Of a DNA stretch of 64,000 bases, positions 8,983-16,724 are shown in pieces. The notes beneath the pieces were generated by a model. The model ran no database searches. It worked only from the letters and a program-made list of their open reading frames with translations, and had not been told where the DNA came from. The stretch is from the NCBI GenBank assembly GCA_012719235.1, contig JAAYAR010000066.1, forward strand, positions 1,400-65,399, in the 5' to 3' direction. Made by a program: the position numbers and the translations under genes. Each line of letters begins with the position of its first letter. Position 1 is the first letter of the stretch. The stretch comes from Clostridiales bacterium. GTDB taxonomy: Bacteria > Bacillota > Clostridia > Oscillospirales > Oscillospiraceae.

Positions 8983-10301
8983 AGAAAGTTGCGCGCCGTT
9001 CCGCCGCAGCCGTGATCCTGGCTGCCGTTCTGACGATTGGGCTCGGTTACTTTGTCTTTATGTATGTTACGGAAGGCAAGTCATGGGCGACCTATTACGC
9101 GAACAGTCATCTGTCCGGCGCCGTGCAGTCGAGTACGGTCGACGTCTACGACAGAAACGGGCTTCCCCTGCTTACTGCCGCGGACGGCAAGAGAGCCTAC
9201 AGCGATGACCCGGGGATCCGTATGAGCACTCTTCATACCATAGGAGATCTGGACGGATATATATTTTCGCCTGCCCTGAAGGTGTTCTCGGAAGAGCTTA
9301 CGGGGTATAATCCGTTCTCCGGAGTCTCCTCACGCGCCGATTCCCTGACGCTGTCCCTTGACGCCGGGCTCTGCAAGATCGCGCTGAGCGCTCTTAAAGG
9401 GGCGGCCGGCACCGTCGGAGTGTACAACTACAAGACGGGGGAGATACTCTGTATGGTCAGTTCCCCCACGTATGACCCGTACAGCCCTCCCGACCTGTCC
9501 GAGTCCGAGGTCGGTTACGAGGGAGTATACGTAAACAGATTCCTTTCGTCGGCATATGTGCCGGGCTCCGTTTTCAAACTAGTTACGGCGGCCTGCGCTA
9601 TAGACACGATAGACGACATCTTCACGCAGAAGTTCGTATGCCGGGGCTCGCTGACCCTCAGCGGCCAGAAGATCGTATGCAACAATGTTCACGGGGAGAT
9701 CGGTTTCAAAACTGCGCTCGCGAAGAGCTGCAACGCCGCGTTCGCCGAGATCGCAGTTCAGCTCGGCAGCGACATTCTTGGTGATTTCGTGGAGGATACG
9801 GGCGTTTGCGGGGGGATCGGCTTTCAGGGGCTGAAAACCTCGTCGGGTAATTTCGATCTTAACGGAGCGAACACCGGCGACCTGGCGTGGGCGGGCATCG
9901 GGCAGTACACGAATCTTGTCAACCCGTGCACGTTGATGACTTTCATGGGAGCGATCGCAAACGGCGGCGAGCAAAGGCTCCCGTCCCTGATAGCGGGGAT
10001 GGAAGGCAAAAAAGGAGAGCAGTTGATATCGCCTGTGACTGCCGGCCTTTTGAAAGAGATGATGGCGAACAACGTAACGCAGAGCTATGGCTCTTCAAAC
10101 TTTCCCGGCCTGAAAATCTGCGCGAAATCCGGTACGGCGGAGGTCGGTTCGGGGGCGAATCCGCACGCGTGGTTCGCCGGTTTCCTCGACGACCCGAATA
10201 ACCCGTACGCTTTCGTCGTGATATCGGAGCACAGCGGCTCCGGAAGCGAAGTGGCGGGAAGTATCGCGAACACGGTGCTTCAGGCACTTGTCAAGAGCTG
10301 A
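8979..10301 (+). CDS. Class B penicillin-binding protein (PbpA/PBP2-type transpeptidase)
   Basis: N-terminal TM anchor, with SVFK (SxxK), SCN (SxN) and KSGTAE (KTG-like) motifs. The start overlaps the stop of the SEDS gene. Confidence 0.9.
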   Translation: MKKVARRSAAAVILAAVLTIGLGYFVFMYVTEGKSWATYYANSHLSGAVQSSTVDVYDRNGLPLLTAADGKRAYSDDPGIRMSTLHTIGDLDGYIFSPALKVFSEELTGYNPFSGVSSRADSLTLSLDAGLCKIALSALKGAAGTVGVYNYKTGEILCMVSSPTYDPYSPPDLSESEVGYEGVYVNRFLSSAYVPGSVFKLVTAACAIDTIDDIFTQKFVCRGSLTLSGQKIVCNNVHGEIGFKTALAKSCNAAFAEIAVQLGSDILGDFVEDTGVCGGIGFQGLKTSSGNFDLNGANTGDLAWAGIGQYTNLVNPCTLMTFMGAIANGGEQRLPSLIAGMEGKKGEQLISPVTAGLLKEMMANNVTQSYGSSNFPGLKICAKSGTAEVGSGANPHAWFAGFLDDPNNPYAFVVISEHSGSGSEVAGSIANTVLQALVKS

Positions 10302-10386
10302 GCCGCGCAGTGCGGCACACTTTCCGGGAAAATCCCGGTATCGAATGAGGAAAAACTGCGGCATGCCGCGGTGAGGGGGGTAATAA

Positions 10387-11847
10387 GTGTTAGGATCGAA
10401 CGATTTCGGAGCGGAAGCGTCTTTGAAAAAAACAAAAATCATCTGCACGCTCGGACCTGCGGTAAACGACAGGGCATTGCTCGGAAAGCTGCTTCTTGCC
10501 GGGGTCAACGCCGTAAGGGTGAATTTCTCCCACGGTACACATGAATCACACAAAGCGATGCTCGATCAGTTTAAAGAGGTGAGGGATGAGCTGGGGCTGA
10601 GTGTCGCTACGATCCTCGATACGAAGGGCCCGGAGATCAGGATAAAGACGTTCAGAACGGGGCTCGCCGAGCTGGTCAGGGGGGAGACGTTCGTTCTGAC
10701 GACGGACGAAGCCGAAGGTGACGGGCACAGAGTCTCCGTGACCTACAAGAATCTTCACAACGAGCTCCACCCGGGAGACAGGATCCTGATCGATGACGGG
10801 CTGGTCGAGCTCAGTGCCTGCGAGATCAGGGAAAGGGACATCATCTGTACCGTTGAAAACGGCGGCGTTATCACAAACCACAAGAGCGTGAATATTCCCG
10901 GGGTGAACATCAGGTTTTCCGAGCTGTCAAAGGAGGACGAGAAGGATATCCGCTTTGCCGTCGAGAACGACATGGATTATATAGCGGCGTCGTTTATCAG
11001 GAGCAGGGAGGACGTTCTCGCCGTAAAAAACGTGCTGAGTAAGTACGGGGGCGAAGACATTAAAGTCATAGCCAAGATCGAAAACAGCGAGGGAGTAAAA
11101 AATCTTGACGAGATCATCGAGGTCTCGGACGCCCTCATGGTGGCGAGAGGGGATCTCGGCGTTGAAGTTCCGGCATGGGACGTCCCTGTGATCCAGAAAA
11201 GGATGATCTCGGAGGGCATCATGGCGGGCAAGCCCGTAATAGTGGCAACGCAGATGCTCGATTCTATGATAAGGAACCCGAGGCCGACGAGAGCGGAGAT
11301 CAGCGACGTGGCAAACGCGGTTTTTGACGGCGCGAGCTGCGTCATGCTCTCGGGAGAGACCGCGTCCGGAAAATACCCGCTCGAGAGCGTTATGACTATG
11401 ACGAAGACGATCCTTGCGGCTGAAGAGGCCATCAATTACTGGAAAAGGTTTCGCAGGCTGGGTTTTGAAAAAAGAAGAACGAGCGTCGCTGACGCTGTCA
11501 GCCACGCGTGCTGCATGACGGCGATGGACCTCGGGGCCAGCGCGATCATCACGATCACGTCCAAAGGCCACACGCCGAGGATGATATCGAGGTTCAGACC
11601 GGCCTGCCCGATTATAGCTGTCACCGAGAGCGAGAAAGTCAGGCGGCAGTTGTCTATCTCCTGGGGCGTAACTCCGATCGTATGTCAAAAGCACCTGAGT
11701 TCGACAGACGAGGCCTTCGAAGAGGGAGTAAGCCTGGCGGCGCGCACCCGGTTTGTAAAAAATGGAGATACGATCGTGCTGACGGCGGGCGTGCCCGTTG
11801 GTATCAGCGGTTCGACGAACCTGATAAAAGCGCAGCAGATAACATAA
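10387..11847 (+). CDS. pyk: Pyruvate kinase
   Basis: KKTKIICTLGP, NFSHG, AKIENSEGV, MVARGDLGVE and MLSGETASGKYP motifs. An in-frame TTG at 10423 is an alternative start. Confidence 0.95.
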   Translation: MLGSNDFGAEASLKKTKIICTLGPAVNDRALLGKLLLAGVNAVRVNFSHGTHESHKAMLDQFKEVRDELGLSVATILDTKGPEIRIKTFRTGLAELVRGETFVLTTDEAEGDGHRVSVTYKNLHNELHPGDRILIDDGLVELSACEIRERDIICTVENGGVITNHKSVNIPGVNIRFSELSKEDEKDIRFAVENDMDYIAASFIRSREDVLAVKNVLSKYGGEDIKVIAKIENSEGVKNLDEIIEVSDALMVARGDLGVEVPAWDVPVIQKRMISEGIMAGKPVIVATQMLDSMIRNPRPTRAEISDVANAVFDGASCVMLSGETASGKYPLESVMTMTKTILAAEEAINYWKRFRRLGFEKRRTSVADAVSHACCMTAMDLGASAIITITSKGHTPRMISRFRPACPIIAVTESEKVRRQLSISWGVTPIVCQKHLSSTDEAFEEGVSLAARTRFVKNGDTIVLTAGVPVGISGSTNLIKAQQIT

Positions 11848-11931
11848 CCGCTCCGTGGATCCGGGATTAACGGCGAGGAGCCGAAAAAGAAAAAGGCCGG
11901 AAAACCGGCCGGAAATATGCGGCAACAGAGG

Positions 11932-11956
11932 GAGCGCCCGAAGAGGCGCTCTTTTT
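11932..11956 (+). terminator. Intrinsic terminator after pyk
   Basis: GAGCGCC-cgaaga-GGCGCTC-TTTTT. A smaller GGCCGG-aaaa-CCGGCC hairpin lies at 11895-11910. Confidence 0.7.
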
Positions 11957-11957
11957 G

Positions 11958-11987
11958 CGTTTCAAAGAACGTTTGTTCTTTGAAACG
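11958..11987. repeat. Perfect 13-bp-arm inverted repeat
   Basis: CGTTTCAAAGAAC-gttt-GTTCTTTGAAACG. Confidence 0.8.
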
Positions 11988-12243
11988 GACGGGGAAAGAC
12001 CTCGCCGCTAGGGCGGAGCAGCCGGCCGGATGAGGTGTTTCCGTTCTTTCTAAGACAGCATCCCGAAGATGCGCTCCGTTTTGTTTTGATTTCACGCATT
12101 TTCTGCGGCGCGGAGCTTCGGATGCGCTCGGGCGGCATCAAATTTCGTCGGAATAGGACATGCGGGACCGTAATAGAATAATGAGAGGCAAAAATGCGCG
12201 CAGCTGATACGGCGCGCCGGAATATATGCCTGAAAGCGGGGTG

Positions 12244-12549
12244 ATGGATATGGGCGAAGGGTTGGTGAAAAACGGCAGATTTAGCGAATTGCGCTGCAAA
12301 GAAGTCATCAATATCTGCGACGGCAGCCGCCTTGGCTATGTGTTCGACCTGGCACTTGATCTGGTATGCGGAAAGATCACGGCGATCATTATACCGGGTC
12401 CGGCGAAGTTTTGCGGCATGTTCGGACACGGCGAAGAATTTGTCGTGCCCTGGGAGAAAATAGTGCGAATAGGAGAGGATATCATACTGATCGATATCGA
12501 GCACATAGAAATATGCGACACCAAACATCACAAAAAAAGGGTTTTTTAG
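12244..12549 (+). CDS. YlmC/YmxH-family PRC-barrel sporulation protein
   Basis: FSELRCKEVINICDGSRLGYVFDLALDLVCGKITAIIIPG...VPWEKIVRIGEDIILID. The exact start is uncertain (12226, 12244 or 12250). Confidence 0.8.
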   Translation: MDMGEGLVKNGRFSELRCKEVINICDGSRLGYVFDLALDLVCGKITAIIIPGPAKFCGMFGHGEEFVVPWEKIVRIGEDIILIDIEHIEICDTKHHKKRVF

Positions 12550-12775
12550 TCGTACATATCTGAACGAAAAACAGATATTGCACAGAGAAAATATCGAACG
12601 TCTTCCATCCTTTATACCCGGCGGCGCGCACGCGGCCTGCAGCGCTCGGAATGCCGTATTCTGTATAGGGTCGACTGCAGGAAATTGACACTTTATCGAT
12701 CGCGTTTTTCGTGCTCATCGAGCCATAATGAAATCGAGCTGCGGCGGAATCTTGATACGAAAGGGACGATCGAGC

Positions 12776-13813
12776 ATGAAAATGAAAAATATGAGACGCA
12801 TTGCCTGCACGCTGCTGGTCCTTGTCATCGTGTGCTTCACGGGTGCCGAAGCCGGCGTACGGAGCGGCGGACGCGAGCTGATACCGTTGGGAAAGACAGT
12901 AGGCGTTGAGATAAACGCGGGGGGACTTCTGATAACGGCGCTGACGACGGTGGAGAGCAAAGAGGGCACATTATGCCCGGCAAGAAAGGCGGGTCTCGCG
13001 TCGGGTGACCTGATCGTCGCGATCAACGGTATTGCGACGCCCGATATAAGATCCTTCGCCGAAATACTTTCGGCGGAGGGGGAAAAAAGCGCAAAGCTGT
13101 CAGTTATTCGGTCCGGGATAGCTTTTGAAACAGACGTGCTGCCGGTCTGCGACCTTGAAGGAGATATCCATATAGGTATCATGGTCAAAGATACGGTCGA
13201 AGGCATAGGTACCATGACATATTATGACCCTCAGGAACAGATTTTTGCGGCTCTCGGTCACGGAATAAATGATTCCGGTATCTTGATGCCCCTGTGGCAC
13301 GGGAGGATCACACGGGCCAGCGTGACTGCGGCTGTCAAGGGCGAACGCGGCGCTCCGGGACATCTTGAAGGCGATTTCGACCTGTCTTCAAATCTGGGCG
13401 AGATCAGGTCGAATACGGAGTGCGGCATCTTCGGCGGTCCTTTGAACGAGGACCTGTTCAAAGGCTCCGGACCCGTGCCGGTTGCGAGCATATCCCAGGT
13501 CGAATGCGGGGCAGCCGTTATATATGCCAATGTTTACGGAGAGGAAGTGCGCGAATACGGCGTTGAGATCGTAAAGATCAACGGCGATGCAAAAGACAGT
13601 TACAAGGATCTTTTAATACGCGTAACGGATCCCGAGCTGCTTGAGATGACGGGCGGGATAGTGCAGGGGATGTCGGGCAGCCCGATCATTCAAAACGGTA
13701 TGATAATCGGCGCGGTGACGCACGTGCTGGTGGACGACCCGACAAGAGGATATGCCATAAGCATAGAAAAGATGCTTGAGGCCGGAGGCTCAGCGCTCGA
13801 AAACGCGGCATGA
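12776..13813 (+). CDS. spoIVB: SpoIVB peptidase (S55) with PDZ domain
   Basis: Signal/TM MKMKNMRRIACTLLVLVIV, a PDZ-like region (AGLASGDLIVAINGI), GTMTYYDP...AALGHGI and the catalytic region GMSGSPIIQNGMIIGAVTHVLV. Confidence 0.9.
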   Translation: MKMKNMRRIACTLLVLVIVCFTGAEAGVRSGGRELIPLGKTVGVEINAGGLLITALTTVESKEGTLCPARKAGLASGDLIVAINGIATPDIRSFAEILSAEGEKSAKLSVIRSGIAFETDVLPVCDLEGDIHIGIMVKDTVEGIGTMTYYDPQEQIFAALGHGINDSGILMPLWHGRITRASVTAAVKGERGAPGHLEGDFDLSSNLGEIRSNTECGIFGGPLNEDLFKGSGPVPVASISQVECGAAVIYANVYGEEVREYGVEIVKINGDAKDSYKDLLIRVTDPELLEMTGGIVQGMSGSPIIQNGMIIGAVTHVLVDDPTRGYAISIEKMLEAGGSALENAA

Positions 13814-14021
13814 GCCGAAACAAATCTCAGGATGCCATGACAAAGCCGGAAACTGCTGCCCGGGTTTTCGGCTCGGCGGTACCCGGCGGTTCGGAACTTC
13901 CGTCCGGGATAAAACAAATGTATCGGGATCTCCCGCCCCGGAGCCCCGGGCCGTGCCCTGAATTAGTTCTTTATATATGCGGATAAAAGTAGTATAATTC
14001 CCTCTAATGGGGGGGATATAT

Positions 14022-15620
14022 ATGAAGATCACTTTTCTGGGCGCAGTACATGAAGTAACCGGAAGCTGCACGCTCATTGAGGTCGGCGGCCGGCACATCC
14101 TCGTTGACTGCGGCATGGAACAGGGAAAAGATACGTTTGTAAACTGCGAGATACCTGTGAGCCCGGACAAGATAGATTACGTTCTTCTGACACACGCCCA
14201 TATCGACCACAGCGGAAAGATACCAAAGCTGTATAAGGACGGATATACGGGAAGCGTATACGCTACGGAAGAGACCTGTAATCTGTGCAGGATCATGCTG
14301 ATGGACAGCGCGCATATTCAGGAGGTCGACAGCGAGTGGCGAAACAGAAAAGCAAAGCGCTCCGGTGAAGTACAGAGCGAGCCGGTATACACGAAGCAGG
14401 ACGCTCTTCTCGCGATCAGCCATCTGAGAAGCTGCAGGTACGGCGAGAAGATACAGATCTCCGAGAATGTTATCATTCGCTTCAACGACATCGGCCATCT
14501 GCTCGGCTCGGCGGCGATCGAGATCTGGCTGAATGAGGGCGGCGTAGAAAAGAAGATCGTTTTCTCCGGGGATATAGGGAATATAAACCAGCCTTTCATC
14601 AACGATCCCAAGCCTGTCAGCGAAACAGATTATCTCGTCATGGAGTCAACTTACGGAAACAGGCTCCACGAAGCGTCGACCCCGGGGTGCAACACTCTGG
14701 CTGACTACCTCCAGCGGACGCTCGACAGGGGCGGCAACGTGGTGATCCCCTCCTTTGCCGTCGGCAGGACCCAGGAAATGCTTTTTTTTATCAGGGAGAT
14801 AAAGGAGAAAGGGCTCGTAAAGGAGCATGACGGTTTTCCGGTGTATGTTGACAGTCCTCTGGCCAACGCCGCCACCGGGATCTTTCTGCAGGCCGACCGC
14901 GAGTGCCTCGACAGCGAAACGCTGGCACTGGTTGACGCGGGGATCAATCCGCTCATGTTTCCGGGGCTGAGAGTGTCGGAAACGAGCGAAGAATCAAAAC
15001 AGATAAACTCAAATACGGAGCCGAAGGTCATCATATCCGCAAGCGGCATGTGCGAGGCAGGCCGTATCCGCCATCATCTCAAGCACAACCTCTGGGATGA
15101 AAAAAACCTTATACTTTTCGTCGGCTATCAGGCGGAGGGCACGCTCGGCAGAGCCCTGCTGAACGGCGTTAAGCGCGTGAAGCTTTTTGGCGAGGAGATA
15201 ATTGTCCGGGCGGAGATCGGTTTTCTTCCCGGAAAGAGCGGGCACGCGGACAGGGCGGGCCTTATGGCGTGGCTCTCGCATTTTGAAAAAAAACCGGAGA
15301 TGGTGTTTGTAAACCACGGACAGGTCGAAGTGTGCGAGGAATTCACCGCATACCTCATACAGGAGGGCTACAGAGCTTACGCTCCGTTCAGCTGCACCGT
15401 TTTTGACCTGGCGCGCGGCGAGTTTGTCGAAACACCCGCGGGGATACCGGTCAAGGAGACATTCACAAAGAGCGCCGCGGGCAGGGCCGCGTACAACAAA
15501 CTGCTCCGTGCGGTAAGCCGCCTGGAGGAGATCGCCCGCAAATCGGAAGGAATGTCAAACAAAGACCTCGCGCGGTTCTCGGATCAGATCGAAGCGCTGA
15601 TCTCGAAAATGGAGAACTGA
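14022..15620 (+). CDS. Beta-CASP family metallo-beta-lactamase-fold hydrolase (RNA-metabolising type)
   Basis: MKITFLGAVHEVTGSC, LLTHAHIDHSGKIP (HxHxDH), ESTYGNR and a C-terminal GKSGHAD motif. Confidence 0.85.
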   Translation: MKITFLGAVHEVTGSCTLIEVGGRHILVDCGMEQGKDTFVNCEIPVSPDKIDYVLLTHAHIDHSGKIPKLYKDGYTGSVYATEETCNLCRIMLMDSAHIQEVDSEWRNRKAKRSGEVQSEPVYTKQDALLAISHLRSCRYGEKIQISENVIIRFNDIGHLLGSAAIEIWLNEGGVEKKIVFSGDIGNINQPFINDPKPVSETDYLVMESTYGNRLHEASTPGCNTLADYLQRTLDRGGNVVIPSFAVGRTQEMLFFIREIKEKGLVKEHDGFPVYVDSPLANAATGIFLQADRECLDSETLALVDAGINPLMFPGLRVSETSEESKQINSNTEPKVIISASGMCEAGRIRHHLKHNLWDEKNLILFVGYQAEGTLGRALLNGVKRVKLFGEEIIVRAEIGFLPGKSGHADRAGLMAWLSHFEKKPEMVFVNHGQVEVCEEFTAYLIQEGYRAYAPFSCTVFDLARGEFVETPAGIPVKETFTKSAAGRAAYNKLLRAVSRLEEIARKSEGMSNKDLARFSDQIEALISKMEN

Positions 15621-15642
15621 CTTTATATTTATTTTAATAAGC

Positions 15643-15684
15643 AGAAGCGCTTTGAAGGACCGTAGAGGCTTTCAAAGCGCTTCT
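15643..15684. terminator. Bidirectional hairpin between the beta-CASP gene and the GRE activase
   Basis: AGAAGCGCTTTGAA-loop-TTCAAAGCGCTTCT. Confidence 0.65.
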
Positions 15685-15706
15685 TATTTCGCGGCCGTGC
15701 GCGACA

Positions 15707-16696
15707 TCACACGTTTATTATATCCGAAGAACCGGCGAAAGCGGGCAGACCGTACTCGTTTCGGATCATGTCGACATAGCGCATGATCATGGGTTCCCAC
15801 TCGGTCCGCTCCGGCGGAGTATAATCGCTCATCGGGTATTCCAAGCCGAGTGAGGCGTATTTTTTTGTGCCCAGTTTTTTGAAGGGCAGAAGCTGCCAGG
15901 CGAGTATTTCGCCGTGCAGTTCTTCCGCTATGAAGCGCGACGTGGACCTGATATTTCCTTCATCTGCGTTGTATCCGACGACGACGGGGGTCCTTATGAC
16001 CGGTTTCTTTCCCATGGCATGAAGGCATTTTATGTTTGAGAGGATCCTTTCGTTGCCGCTCCCGGTCAGGGAGCGGTGGACGTCCGGGTCCATATGCTTG
16101 ATGTCCGTGATGACGAGATCGGCAGTACTTAAGACCGCGCGCATATGCTCTTCCGGGCAGTTGAGCGCCGATTCAACGCATACGTTTATCCCGGCGCTCG
16201 CGCAGGCGCCGCAGAGCATCTGCGCGAATTCCCACTGCACGAGGACTTCTCCGCCGGAGAGCGTCACTCCTCCGCCCGTTCTGTCATAGAGGCTGCGATC
16301 TTCTTCGATGATCTTCATGAGCTGCGGCACCGTCATCTTTTCTCCCCAGAGCCGTATGGCTCTGCCGGGGCAGACTTCGGCGCAGCGCAGGCAGTCTTTG
16401 CAGAGCTCCCCCATATTCACCCGCGCAACGGGACCGGATCCGTCGTGCTCGATCAGGTCCCTGCCGGGGCACACCCGCATGCAGAGGCCGCATTTTTCCA
16501 ATCCCTGACATTTTTCGGGGTAGACGCCAAGCTGCTGCCCGGGGGAGATCGCCTCGGGATTGGAGCACCAGAGGCAGCGCATGGTACAGCCTTTAAAGAA
16601 TACCTCCGTGCGTATGCCGGGCCCGTCATGTATCGTATACTTCTGTATTTCGGTGATAAGCGCGCAGGGCTCGCCTGCGGCAGTCGTGTGCAGCAT
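15707..16696 (-). CDS. Glycyl-radical enzyme activating protein (radical SAM, with two extra ferredoxin-type clusters)
   Basis: GPGIRTEVFFKGCTMRCLWCSNPE (CxxxCxxC), plus CQGLEKCGLCMRVCP and CKDCLRCAEVCP. Start set at the ATG at 16696, after GGAGGA. Confidence 0.9.
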   Translation of the reverse strand: MLHTTAAGEPCALITEIQKYTIHDGPGIRTEVFFKGCTMRCLWCSNPEAISPGQQLGVYPEKCQGLEKCGLCMRVCPGRDLIEHDGSGPVARVNMGELCKDCLRCAEVCPGRAIRLWGEKMTVPQLMKIIEEDRSLYDRTGGGVTLSGGEVLVQWEFAQMLCGACASAGINVCVESALNCPEEHMRAVLSTADLVITDIKHMDPDVHRSLTGSGNERILSNIKCLHAMGKKPVIRTPVVVGYNADEGNIRSTSRFIAEELHGEILAWQLLPFKKLGTKKYASLGLEYPMSDYTPPERTEWEPMIMRYVDMIRNEYGLPAFAGSSDIINV

Positions 16697-16724
16697 ATTA
16701 TCCTCCGCCGCCGGGGGACTGCGT

